A stretch of DNA of 64,000 nucleotides from Chroococcidiopsis sp. (GCF_051657925.1 NZ_JBOFLP010000155.1:43954-107953); one strand, 5' to 3'. Positions 30,251 to 41,065 are shown, counted from the stretch's first letter. The notes: generated from the sequence alone by a model not told the origin. Made by a program: numbers and translations.

Positions 30251-31276
30251 TTATTTAGACGCTAACCCTACTTCGATCGCGTTAATCACTCCGCCTACCC
30301 CTTGAGCATGTAGACGACTGTTTTTAACCTTTGCAGATCTAGCGGATCGAACAACTGTATCGATCGATTTTTGAGGCGCGACTCCTGCGATCGCAATTAC
30401 CAGATCGGCTTGCTCCACGGCTTGCACCGCTTTATTGATTTGAGACTGTTTAGCCGATGCGTTCGCCCAATGCAAAATCTCAACTTGAGAGTCCCCTAAT
30501 TTTGCTCGCACCCCTAATTCCAACGTGCTGTCGCCACCTACGATCACAACCCTTCCTTTGAGATGGCTAAGCGATCGAGAAGGATTCTCTAGCGCAAGGC
30601 TGTTTTCCTTTTGAGGCTTACTTGATCGAGCGGTAGGCTTGCCAACAATGCTTATTGCTCGGATACGGTTGTTTAGCGCAAACTGTGCCGTGAACCGGAT
30701 CGTCTCCTCCCCGGACAATCGATGCTTCGCGACTGGACCCCTGTTAGACAGTTCATTGATTTTGTTGACGAGCGCAATCGCGATCTCGTCTACCGCGTTA
30801 ATCTCAGATAGCTCCTTAAGACGGTCCCGGATATAAATCGCTAGATCGGTTGCTTCGAAAAAGCATCGTTGCTGACCAATTTCCTCCAGGATATCTTGCT
30901 TAAGCTCCCGCCTCTGATTTTCTAGCTCAATATCTTTTAAGCGTTTAATTTCCTGCTGCTGTTCGAATTGCATCTGCTCGTCAACCAACAGCTCAGCTTC
31001 TTGCGGGATTTTTCTAATCTTCTCTTCTAGTAGACTCTTCTGACTTCTCAACCGATCAACAAGTTTAACGATCGCAGGGTTCTGAGTTCCTTGCGCCTCG
31101 AACTTTACTAAGGCTTGTGAAACCGTTCGATGAATCGGCGCTACTTTTGAGAGCAGTTGTTTTTCGTGTTGCTCGATTAAACCCTTACGTTTTTGACTTC
31201 GCTCAAACTCCTTGGTTTGGTCCTCCGCCTGTTTAATTGTGTCTTGTATCTCAATCTCAAGTTGTGAAAGATCCAT
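30251..31276 (-). CDS. Coiled-coil protein with C-terminal DUF2325-like domain
   Basis: GRVVIVGG, ADLVI at the C-terminus. Confidence 0.55.
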   Translation of the reverse strand: MDLSQLEIEIQDTIKQAEDQTKEFERSQKRKGLIEQHEKQLLSKVAPIHRTVSQALVKFEAQGTQNPAIVKLVDRLRSQKSLLEEKIRKIPQEAELLVDEQMQFEQQQEIKRLKDIELENQRRELKQDILEEIGQQRCFFEATDLAIYIRDRLKELSEINAVDEIAIALVNKINELSNRGPVAKHRLSGEETIRFTAQFALNNRIRAISIVGKPTARSSKPQKENSLALENPSRSLSHLKGRVVIVGGDSTLELGVRAKLGDSQVEILHWANASAKQSQINKAVQAVEQADLVIAIAGVAPQKSIDTVVRSARSAKVKNSRLHAQGVGGVINAIEVGLASK

Positions 31277-31599
31277 AGTTAATCCTGATAAATCACCTAT
31301 CGACGCTATCTGGTTTTCTCAAGGCGTTTGCTACTATAGCGTTGGATATATATATATATATAGCATCCGATCGCCATCATCAGAATCCCGCCAAGTCTAA
31401 TAACATGGGAATTGCTCACGTCTCCCCATGCGCTGCTTCCAAAAGCAACTATAAGAAGTGCGCCTGTGTTTATAATGGGTTTACTCATTTTTTATTTTCC
31501 GAGCAATTTCTCTAAAGCGTCAGCACAAGCCTGGCGCGCATATCTTTCGGAATTAGTTTCCGATCCGTACCTTTCTATGTTTCTCCATTCTTGAATTAG

Positions 31600-32070
31600 C
31601 TACTCTATATCTTCCATGAATCGCTGCAAGTAGAAGGCGGAAGCATCTCCCGCTAGCATTGTCTGCAACGTAACGAAGTTATTCATTATTTCGTCCTCTT
31701 TTAAGAATCTCTTTGGGGTATGCTTCCATCCAATGACTACCCCGAACGTTTCGTATGTTTTTACGATGAATGTTACCCAATCTTCTCTGTTTGTAGGTCC
31801 ATGTGCGCAAAATAAACACTCCCTTTTTCCATCGATAACATCCTTTACAGTGTTATGGATATCTATGCCTCTAGCTCCGAACCGTGCGATCGTTTCTCCT
31901 CCCTGATGAACCCACACAGTATTCCCATCAGACTGTATTTGTACCCCAGGAGGATACAGCACATCTTCTATCGTTATTCCTATGTCTTCAGGTGAGCACT
32001 CTAGAAAATCGGTCGCATCTCCTACAGCCCATCCTGCTTCCGCTAGTTTTCGAAGTCTATCTATATCCAT
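31600..32070 (-). CDS. Hypothetical protein
   Basis: N-terminus LAEAGWAVGDATDFL. Confidence 0.6.
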   Translation of the reverse strand: MDIDRLRKLAEAGWAVGDATDFLECSPEDIGITIEDVLYPPGVQIQSDGNTVWVHQGGETIARFGARGIDIHNTVKDVIDGKRECLFCAHGPTNREDWVTFIVKTYETFGVVIGWKHTPKRFLKEDEIMNNFVTLQTMLAGDASAFYLQRFMEDIE

Positions 32071-32222
32071 AAACTTTCTTGAATTAGATTCGATACGTCT
32101 TTAGCAGATTTACCTCTTTTAGCGATCGGACATCCTCCGTCGAGGTCTCAGAACCACTTCGTCCCTCTTTTCATCAATGCTTCAACTGCATAGATTTCAC
32201 CACTATTTTTATTATTTATTTC

Positions 32223-33161
32223 TCATTCTAAGTCTGTACCTATTCGCTTTAGAAGAAGTCCAGCAGTCTTGGTATAGGTCTCTATCTTATCTAAAATCAG
32301 CACCTCTTCGTCCGATCTATTGCTTTTATCTATAAGCAGGTAAGCTACAAGATCTCTTAATCGTTTTAACGCCTTTGCAAGATCTTCGGGATCTACCGCA
32401 TCCGATATAGAAATGAGATCGTCAACACTTTCAGAAAAGCTTTCTAATTTTGGAGTTTCGTATACCGCCGAAAACAGCACCGACCTAGAGTCGTTGCATA
32501 CAGGATGATTTAAGGCTATCAGTGTCGATGTTCTATATATAGCTCTTAGAAGTAGGTATGCATCTTCTACTGTTTCAAGACTAAAATCATCCAACGGTAT
32601 TTTTTCTTCAGTATTTTTTCCTTCGTATACTATCTCTTCTTCTGCTGCTTTTACCATCAAATCCCGGATAGATACACAAGCATATTCGATCGCCTCTTCT
32701 ATTAACCTGTTTTCTGGAACTGGTCGATAGGAGATCCCCTCAGAAAAAGGCAGGTTTAGATATCTGTAGAAAACCTCAGATCCCAAAAACTTTTCGTATA
32801 TGATTCTAGCGTAATTTCTAAAAGGATCTTCATCAGAAGGTATTTTCGTTTGATCAGTTTCAAAGTGGATTGTCTCCTTGCTTTTTCTGTCATAAATCAC
32901 TACCTGCATGTCATATGTCTCTAGAACAGAGGCAATAGATACAGCAGCTTCAACAGTGCTTATTAAAGGAGACACCTCTATTTCATAGATCCCTTTTGAG
33001 TGAAGGCTAATCTTATATAGAAACAGTTCTTTGACTTCCTCAAACTCCTTTCGCAAATCATCTTTTACGGAAGTCGCAAAATGACATTCGATAATATCTT
33101 CGTATATCAATAGAAGACAGTCCGCGATCGGTCTAATTTCTAAAAGTTCTTCCCGCATCAA
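32223..33161 (-). CDS. Hypothetical acidic protein
   Basis: 312-aa ORF. Confidence 0.65.
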   Translation of the reverse strand: MMREELLEIRPIADCLLLIYEDIIECHFATSVKDDLRKEFEEVKELFLYKISLHSKGIYEIEVSPLISTVEAAVSIASVLETYDMQVVIYDRKSKETIHFETDQTKIPSDEDPFRNYARIIYEKFLGSEVFYRYLNLPFSEGISYRPVPENRLIEEAIEYACVSIRDLMVKAAEEEIVYEGKNTEEKIPLDDFSLETVEDAYLLLRAIYRTSTLIALNHPVCNDSRSVLFSAVYETPKLESFSESVDDLISISDAVDPEDLAKALKRLRDLVAYLLIDKSNRSDEEVLILDKIETYTKTAGLLLKRIGTDLE

Positions 33162-33598
33162 CCCTGATCCTTAAATATCGGAGCAGGTATCATTGTGCCT
33201 ACGTGCGTTGAATTTGTCAATCAGAAATTATCAATTCTTCCAGTTCTCGAATTTGGTTTAGTTCTTGTCCGGGGATGAGTTCAATCGCGATCGAGGTTTC
33301 GAAGCAGTCCGATCGAGATGCACTTATATAATGTCGTCCTTCTGATTCGAATTCAAAGAAATATACGACTCCGTTAAACCATTTCTTCCCTGCTGCCCCG
33401 TCTGCTATAAATCTCTGCATATTTTAGGCATTAAGACGGACTACGAAAGTATAACCCAAGAGAAATAAAAGAGGAAGTAAGTACTTCCTTCGCTTCCTGC
33501 GTTCAGATACACGGTTTAAGCCAGTTCTTCATTTTAGAAATAAAAATATACAGACACGATAAAACATTGTGTTGACGATCCGTGTGTCTTGAGTCAAA

Positions 33599-33636
33599 TG
33601 CCAGGAACGAGACTTGAACTCGTGACACGAGGATTT
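33599..33636 (-). other. 3' half of cyanobacterial-type tRNA-Phe (att-core-like fragment)
   Basis: Minus strand AAATCCTCGTGTCACGAGTTCAAGTCTCGTTCCTGGCA: anticodon 3' stem, T-arm and acceptor 3' strand. Confidence 0.8.
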
Positions 33637-33692
33637 GAAGATCTCCTGCGATTTATAGCGTTCTGGTGAGGATGCACCTGCCTTCATAAATC

Positions 33693-33918
<226 letters not shown>

Positions 33919-34022
33919 GTAAAAGTCCGCCTATTTGCAAGCCTTCCAGCGTTCTCAAATCTTCTTAGGTTTGAGATATTTGCGTATGCCTGAAAAACAA
34001 ATTATCGTAAGGGAGTCCTGAT

Positions 34023-35246
34023 ATGTTTGCGGGAAGCAATATGGCACGTCTTTCCTATGGTGAGGTTGGGGTCGAAGTTAATCGAGGAAAAATTAGACTT
34101 CGGCTTCCTCGGTATTTAATGGATAAAGGTGTAGAGCGATATATCTATACAGGAATGGATGATAGCCGAGATAATAAATTCAAGGCAGAAACTTTAGCGT
34201 TATCGATGACGGAAGATCTTAGAACAGGGTGTTTCGACCTGTCTCTGACGCGTTATAAAAACGCTCTTAATCCTAGAATCTTCCTCAACAAAAATATCTC
34301 CTCTGCTTTGGATTTAAGGCAACTTTGGACAGATTATGCACTTAGTAGAAAGCGGCAGGTTGCCGGGACTACTTACAAAATGGAGTACGAAACTAAGTTC
34401 CCGAATCATATTAAGCAGCTTCCTACTTTCCACCCTGAAGATGCGATCGCACATCGAGACTACTTGATTGAAAATTTGTCTTTAGGTCAGGCTAGACGAG
34501 TCATTACGCAGTTAAGTGCTTGTTGTGACTGGGCGATGGAAGAAGGAATGATCCATCGCAATCCGTATAAAGGAATGGCAGAAAAAATTAAGGCAAAGAT
34601 ACGAATTCCAGGAGAAGAAGATTCGGAGATAGATCCGTTTTCCGACGCTGAAAGAATAGGTATCGAAAAGGCATTTGAATTCCACGAGGAACATAACCAC
34701 TTTTACCCGTTCATTAGATTCCTGAACTTAACCGGATGTAGACCTTCCGAAGCGATCGGATTGAAAAAGGAAGATATTTTAAGAGGGTTTACCCAAATTA
34801 TTTTCCGCAGATCATATTCGACAAGGGTAGGGATAGAGAAAGACACGAAAAATCACGGAAGCAGAAGATTTCAAGTAAATCAATCCTTAAAAGAACTGCT
34901 GACAGATATAGTGCCTCTCAGAGCCTCAGACGATTATGTAATATTTAAGGCAAAGAAAGGGGGGTATATCCGCCAAAATCAATTTGTTCAGCGTGTTTGG
35001 AAAGGCTACCATCCAGAAGGTAATCCTCACGGAAGGCACTATATCGGGATAACTGAAAGTCTTCTATCGCAAGGGATCATGGAACGATACAGACCTCCAT
35101 ACAATTTGAGGCATACTGCCATCACGCGAATGGTAGAGGAAGGTGTCTCTCTAAATCACATCGCCTACGCGATGGGAAATTCAGCCGCAGTCATTGAAAA
35201 GTACTACATGGGAAGAATCATGAAATTCACCTCCCCATTAGACTGA
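34023..35246 (+). CDS. int: Tyrosine integrase with N-terminal arm-binding domain (type common in cyanobacteria)
   Basis: RGKIRLRLP arm domain; TGCRPSEA, KDTK, PYNLRHT, MGNS, KYY. Confidence 0.92.
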   Translation: MFAGSNMARLSYGEVGVEVNRGKIRLRLPRYLMDKGVERYIYTGMDDSRDNKFKAETLALSMTEDLRTGCFDLSLTRYKNALNPRIFLNKNISSALDLRQLWTDYALSRKRQVAGTTYKMEYETKFPNHIKQLPTFHPEDAIAHRDYLIENLSLGQARRVITQLSACCDWAMEEGMIHRNPYKGMAEKIKAKIRIPGEEDSEIDPFSDAERIGIEKAFEFHEEHNHFYPFIRFLNLTGCRPSEAIGLKKEDILRGFTQIIFRRSYSTRVGIEKDTKNHGSRRFQVNQSLKELLTDIVPLRASDDYVIFKAKKGGYIRQNQFVQRVWKGYHPEGNPHGRHYIGITESLLSQGIMERYRPPYNLRHTAITRMVEEGVSLNHIAYAMGNSAAVIEKYYMGRIMKFTSPLD

Positions 35247-35272
35247 ACCACTGTTAGGTTAAGTTATTGTGT

Positions 35273-35301
35273 AAGGAGAACATTTATCAAATGTTCTCCT
35301 T
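35273..35301 (+). terminator. Stem-loop after integrase
   Basis: AAGGAGAACATTT-atc-AAATGTTCTCCTT. Confidence 0.55.
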
Positions 35302-35594
35302 GGGCTGTTTGGGGGTTGTATATGGACAAATTAGTTCGAATCAAGTGGGTGATCGCGCTTGTTGCGCTGCTTACGGGAGGGCTATTGAGCCTGTCTTCGA
35401 TCGCAGTCTTTAACGTGCTGGGAGATATCCTAGTTCTACTTGGGGTATGTCTAGGTCTGTTTTCTGCATATCAGATGGAGCGGAAGGAATGCAGATAGAA
35501 AAGGATTGGGAAGTCTGTAGAATAAAGCAGCTATTGTCTGATGCGACAGACGATCAACTTCTTGACGTAATTAGAGACTGCTCGGAGAGATAAT

Positions 35595-36077
35595 ATGGTT
35601 CATCCTACCGAAAAAACCAGACCTGACCTTATTCTTGAATCGGGAGAACATAAGGGAACGGTATACAAAATCTTGCATACAGGATTCGGAACTCGATGCG
35701 GATATATAATGCTTCCTTTCGGGCACCCTGTGTTTGGGTACAGCTTTTCGGAGTTGTCGGGTATATTCTCTGTTCATGGTGGTATAACCTACAGCAACGC
35801 AGGCGCACCTAAGCATAAGAATGATTACAATTTAGAACGGTGGATCGGGTTTGACTGCAATCATTGTTTTGATCTGCCGGACGAGACGCTACCTTTTGAC
35901 AATAACCTCTACAAGCATTACCTGCACTTCTCTTCGAGAATAATAAGACAGTATTGGGATACTGAAGACACCTCGGCAAAGCCAGAGGTTCGATCGACTG
36001 ATTATGTCAGAGCAGAGTGTTTTAAGCTCTGCTCTCAAGCAGCATTACTGGCTAAAGCACATCAATCTGCTGGTTAA
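35595..36077 (+). CDS. Conserved phage hypothetical protein
   Basis: RCGY..P..HP, VHGGITYS, WIGFDCNH motifs. Confidence 0.7.
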   Translation: MVHPTEKTRPDLILESGEHKGTVYKILHTGFGTRCGYIMLPFGHPVFGYSFSELSGIFSVHGGITYSNAGAPKHKNDYNLERWIGFDCNHCFDLPDETLPFDNNLYKHYLHFSSRIIRQYWDTEDTSAKPEVRSTDYVRAECFKLCSQAALLAKAHQSAG

Positions 36078-38550
36078 CCTGCTGTTCTTTACGGAACGCT
36101 TCCTTTCTAGTAAATCTACTCTGGAAGCGTTCCTCCATCACCTCGAAATTTTTCTTCCAGTCGATAGACTCAAGCTCTTGATCCGGGTTCTTTTCTAAAG
36201 AGGCAGCTCCTTTCTGCAAAAGATGCTGAAAACAAACCGGATCATTATTCATCGGCTTTATTGTTTGAACAGGAAATTTTCTACGAATATCACAAACATC
36301 ACACTGTTCATCAAACTCCAGCAGTACCTGACGTACTGCCTCAAACACTAGAACTATATACGTTCCGTTTAACCCAACGCAATAATTTACCTCATACCCA
36401 TATCCTTTTGGATAAGACAGTACAACTCTAATTCCATAAATAACGGATCGCATCCCAAGCTCGAATCTGCCTGTTTCCGATCGCCAGTTCAGAAGATCCA
36501 CATTAATGTTGGGTTCTGTAGAGGTAAATATCATTAGTTAAGTTCTGCTTTCCTTATAAAAATATTTCTTGTTTTTTCGATAGCTCTCCTATACTCGACA
36601 AGCTTCTGGTATAGATCAGGGTGTTGAAAACAGAGTTTAGCGATGCCAGCAGGATCGACCTTCTCTACTGTCATGTTCGCTTGAAATTGAAGTACCGTCC
36701 CGCAGTAACCACACATAGAAACACCTCCGGGGATAGGTTTTATGTTTGGGCTTCCGGGACTAAATGCAGCATCTATCCCATTGTTGCAGTTAGGACATTT
36801 TGATTCAGGGATGTCATAACCCTTACTGCGTCTAGGTGTGTTTCTATTTTTTCTACTGCTCATCTTCTTAAGTCACACATCTTTAGATAAAATTTGTACG
36901 CCGCAGATAAGGTTATTAAGCTAGCAATGCAGACTAAAACCCCTACAGGGTTTCCTTCTAGCAGCAATCTCACTCCTGCGGCTCCTGCAATCGAAGACAG
37001 TACTATTTTAATAACCAAAGAAATAAAACCCCAATCCATGTAGTTACCTACCTAGTTTTGAAATAAGTAAGAAGCGCAACAAACACAAATACTATCGGAT
37101 ACCATGCCTGCCATCTGCCATAGATAAACAAAAGAACCGATACAGATAGAAAACCGCATACCACAGGCAACCAGTATTTCTTATTCATGCGACTAGTTCA
37201 TACCGTGAGTTTTGTGATCGTCTTCCAGTAGAACGTCTAATTCTTTTGCATAATCAAACGCACGTTTCACAATCCCTAATCTAGGCTCATACTCCGATCG
37301 GAGCATCGCAGCTAGGATAACCAACGTAGAATCTCGAATTACGTCTTTTTGAAGCTGCTTTCTGTTCGAGGATTTTCTAGTGCTTCTTCGTGCATCTTCC
37401 ATTTCATCATGTCAACTGCTGCCTCCTTGATTTTTTCAGGGAGTTTGTTCATGTAATCGTTTACGTGGTCAACGCTATCTAATTCCAAAACCGCTCTTAG
37501 CGAATGAAATAATAGAGCAACTTCTTCCGTCGTCAAATTTTCAAAGATTTGATTGGGGGTTTTCATGTATTTTTCTTCAGGGTTTCTTCAATCGAAGCTA
37601 TAGATAACAATCGGTCAGGATCGATACCTCGTATCTTACAAACAACGGACCTGCAATACATTAAAGAGTCAAACTTCTGACGGGAAAATAGGAACATCTG
37701 GACTATCTCCGACTTGTCTAGAGATACGTATGATCCGTTGTCATTAAGACAAATAAACGAGGCACAGACGCCGCATATAGTGGGAATACCAGGGACAGGT
37801 TCAGGATCTGTTTCTGGGTTGTTCGGGTCAAGCAAAAACATTAATTCTGTACCGCAGTCAGGACATCTTAATATATCGCCCATCATTCTAATCTCCTAGA
37901 CCTATAAACGCGATCGCACCTCTGTACTATCGCTGCACCTCTTACAGCACCCCGTCCTTGGGATTCTAAGAGCCTCGGAGTCATGATTACCCTGACGCAG
38001 CTATCACGGGTGAGATGCGATCGCGTTAGCCATAATACACGAAAACCCTCTGTGTGTACAGAGGGTTTCGGCACCGAAGTACCTTATTGCGTTCCCAATA
38101 ATTAGTCTACCTATTTTCTACAGAAAAGAACGTGGATAATTGTTATATCATTATGGTATTATCCCATTGTTCTATACGGCTCTTACTATGTGGCTTGGTG
38201 TATTTTTTATCGCCTGCGTAATATCAGGTCTGATTATAAGGATAATGGAAGGAGATCTCCCCACCATTTATGGACTCGTAATGCTAGGTATGATTTATTT
38301 AATAGTGTTTACAATGGATCGGTAAAATGAGTGGACTAAGCAGTTTCGATCTCCAAGAGCTGACCGAGATAGAAAAGTATGTGAGATTTCAACTTAAGGT
38401 TATCCAAGCGACAAAATATATCGCTCAGGATAGTGCGGATAACCCTGCCTTAATTGAGCGATATACTAAGCAGATTCTAGAGGATGTACTTGAAGCGATC
38501 GATCTCAAGCAGGAAGATGCATAAAACCACTGTTTCTATGTCTTTAGAGA

Positions 38551-39105
38551 TCATTCTTCTCTTTCCTTAAGAATGCGATCTAGCGAATCGATCGCCGATA
38601 CAAACTGGATCAGAAAGTTTTGAGGGACCGCTTTAGAGGCAAGTCCTTCAACGATCTTATATTTGTATAGCTGCTCCCTCAAAAAACGGGTATCCAGATA
38701 GCTTGCATCTACTACGCAAGCTCTCGCGTTATGTAGACTGTCTGCGAACTTTACAAGTCGCCAATCAGGTGACTCGTATGACAGTATGTGTCCGTAATAA
38801 GTGGATTCCGATCGCTTGTGTAGATCGGTGCAGTGCCATACGATAGCAGCGACCCTCTCACCAAATAGCTTTTGAATCTCCATGAAGGACACACCCACAT
38901 CTTCAGGAGCATCATGCAGCAGAGCTGCGATCGCCTGTTCCTCGTCCCCTTTCATTTCAAGAACTAATGCAGATACAGACATTAGATGCGATATATATGG
39001 CACTTCCGTATGTTTCCGAAGCTGTTTCAGATGAACCACGCAAATAAACTGAAGCGCTTCTGAGAAACGAGGAGAAAACAAATCAGAGCTAGAAAAACTA
39101 GGCAT
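38551..39105 (-). CDS. HD-domain protein, RelA/SpoT-hydrolase (MESH1/small alarmone hydrolase)-like
   Basis: H..Q.RK...PYISHL..V, AIAALLHDAPED, LVKFADSLHNAR. Confidence 0.85.
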   Translation of the reverse strand: MPSFSSSDLFSPRFSEALQFICVVHLKQLRKHTEVPYISHLMSVSALVLEMKGDEEQAIAALLHDAPEDVGVSFMEIQKLFGERVAAIVWHCTDLHKRSESTYYGHILSYESPDWRLVKFADSLHNARACVVDASYLDTRFLREQLYKYKIVEGLASKAVPQNFLIQFVSAIDSLDRILKEREE

Positions 39106-39186
39106 ACGTTAGAACAGAATCCTACATTGAATAAATTCATGCTTTACATACTCCTCTCGATCGAGGCGGGTAATCTCAACACTTCA

Positions 39187-39993
39187 TTACTTTAGTTGAT
39201 TTTCCTTGTCTTGTTCTAAGACGTAAACAAAAAAGCAAGCGTCGAAAATTATCGACACACTCTTTGAAGAGAATTCTGATTTGTCGCCGTTAAATTTCTG
39301 CTCTAATAGGACGTAGACAACAAAATCCGAGAACCGTTTGATAGCAGCAATCTCTTCGACTTGGTTCCAAATCACCCGCCTTCCCTTGGCATTATTAGAT
39401 CGGGTCTGTCTCATCCGAGCTGAGATTCGACCTGTAATTTCCTGAGAAAGCTCCTCGCCAGTCGATCGGCTGGATCGGATTATCTCTTGAGCGAGAAGTA
39501 ATGGTTTCAACGCGTTTGTCCGTTCCGGGTTATGGCGTTTTTCAGCTCGATAGAATACCCGATACAGATTTACAAGTTCTTGAGGAATTGCGATCGCGCT
39601 TTTGCTTGATCCGATTGCAGTAGATCTGTTCTGGGTTGCGACTTCCAGTTCGCAATCAAGCCTAGCAAGTCCTAGCGCCTTCTCTGGGGATACCCCAGAT
39701 TCTTCTAAAGATTTCCTCCATTCTTCAGCACTGTCTTTCTGACTCTGAATCTCTGCTTCCTGATACTCCCCGAACCTGGAATACTTCAATGACATCCGAT
39801 CCAGCTCATCTATATCGACACTCTCATGAGTTTCTGTCCAAACGAAATGCATCGCATCGAACATGATCTGGAAGTTTTCTGCGTTTGGCAAATCGTTTAA
39901 TAAAGCTGCAATCGAAGCGATGCACTCCTCGAACGATCGTCCGTTACTCATCACGTCGCAGAACTTTGTCTTAATTTCTTGGTAAGTTACCAT
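39187..39993 (-). CDS. Protein with C-terminal Cas11d-like (Cas10d C-terminal) domain
   Basis: aa 136-268: ELVNLYRVFYRA..LKP..AKGR..EE..AI..F..F.V....F.GD....I.DAC.F.Y.LEQDKE follows the cyanobacterial Cas10d C-terminus as I recall it. Confidence 0.75.
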   Translation of the reverse strand: MVTYQEIKTKFCDVMSNGRSFEECIASIAALLNDLPNAENFQIMFDAMHFVWTETHESVDIDELDRMSLKYSRFGEYQEAEIQSQKDSAEEWRKSLEESGVSPEKALGLARLDCELEVATQNRSTAIGSSKSAIAIPQELVNLYRVFYRAEKRHNPERTNALKPLLLAQEIIRSSRSTGEELSQEITGRISARMRQTRSNNAKGRRVIWNQVEEIAAIKRFSDFVVYVLLEQKFNGDKSEFSSKSVSIIFDACFFVYVLEQDKENQLK

Positions 39994-40016
39994 TAGTTTT
40001 CCTTACTGGCTATACA

Positions 40017-40055
40017 GTTTGCCAGTCCCGTTTACGGGATTATTCACGAATTAAG
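40017..40055 (-). CRISPR. Solitary type I-D-like CRISPR repeat (no array)
   Basis: CTTAATTCGTGAATAATCCCGTAAACGGGACTGGCAAAC resembles I-D repeats (CTT...TAATCCCG-loop-CGGGACTGAAAC). Confidence 0.45.
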
Positions 40056-40084
40056 AATGCAGCAGAACTGCGGCTAGTCAAGAC

Positions 40085-40654
40085 TCAGTTGCCTCCACCG
40101 GAAGGTTCCTTCTTCCATTCTTCGATTCGATCGTCCAGCCATGCGATCGCTTCATCTCTATCGACCATTCCATTAAAAACATCTCCGCATCCGTGTTGAT
40201 CGATAATCTCTTCGGCTGTTTTTCCTTCGATCCAAAGCGGTTTAAGATCGTCCGGGTCAAACCAATCTTCAGCATCCCACCACGAGGCGATGGTATCTGT
40301 ATCTTGGCTACGGACGTAATCAAGAAGCTCTATTCCTTTACTCGACCATCTCCCGATAGGGTTATGTCCATCAAACTCAGAGCCAAGGTACTCTTTCAGC
40401 ATCGCTTCTAATGTATCTTCAATAGATACTACCCAGCTATAGACAGACTGTGCGATCGCTGAAGGATAAACGGTAAGAATCCGCTTGTCTATTCCGTTGT
40501 GGGATTCTTGCGGAATGCCTTGACCGATATCTAGAAAACAATAGACTGTTCCATCTTCTGGATTAAGGTATATATCGGTTTTCCATCCTCCCCAAGAACC
40601 TGAAAAATCTTCTTCCTGGAGTGCTTCGATCGACGCTCGTAGTGATTCGATCAT
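40085..40654 (-). CDS. Acidic Trp-rich hypothetical protein
   Basis: 189-aa ORF in leftward cluster. Confidence 0.65.
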   Translation of the reverse strand: MIESLRASIEALQEEDFSGSWGGWKTDIYLNPEDGTVYCFLDIGQGIPQESHNGIDKRILTVYPSAIAQSVYSWVVSIEDTLEAMLKEYLGSEFDGHNPIGRWSSKGIELLDYVRSQDTDTIASWWDAEDWFDPDDLKPLWIEGKTAEEIIDQHGCGDVFNGMVDRDEAIAWLDDRIEEWKKEPSGGGN

Positions 40655-41033
40655 ATTTTTACCCAGCCTTGATTAAACTGTAGATTTTCGGAATTCATAC
40701 CACCACCTTGGGTTGCGTAAATACTTGCTGGAGGCATAACTTCCTTGCTTAGAAGTTTTTGTCTTTTTTCTTGGATTGCTAGAACCTTTGTATAGATTCG
40801 TCCATGTCTACTAGCACTTGCCTTATCTACTGCTGCTGCTACAGCAACAGCCTCTAACCCTGAAAATGCTCCAACAAAGATCCAGTCGCACATCCAGTTA
40901 TCCTGATTTAACCAGCCTGGTGAATCCTCAATTGAAAATGCATTTCCCTCGCAAACGACAAAGACTTGCATAACGTCTCCACTTCTTATACTTTGCTGAA
41001 AGGTTGCTAATCGGTCGATACTTGCATCCTAAA

Positions 41034-41065
41034 GTAAGACGCTCAAGATGTCTTGAGCGTCTTAC
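41034..41065. terminator. Stem-loop
   Basis: 15-bp inverted repeat GTAAGACGCTCAAGA/TCTTGAGCGTCTTAC. Confidence 0.55.

Noticed and set aside
31346-31362. (AT)n microsatellite in a small membrane ORF
   Set aside because: Single short tract; nothing in the sequence indicates phase variation
38551-39993. HD gene + Cas11d-like gene as a split Cas10d
   Set aside because: The HD motifs are RelA/SpoT type, the order is reversed relative to Cas10d, and the central Cas10d domains are absent
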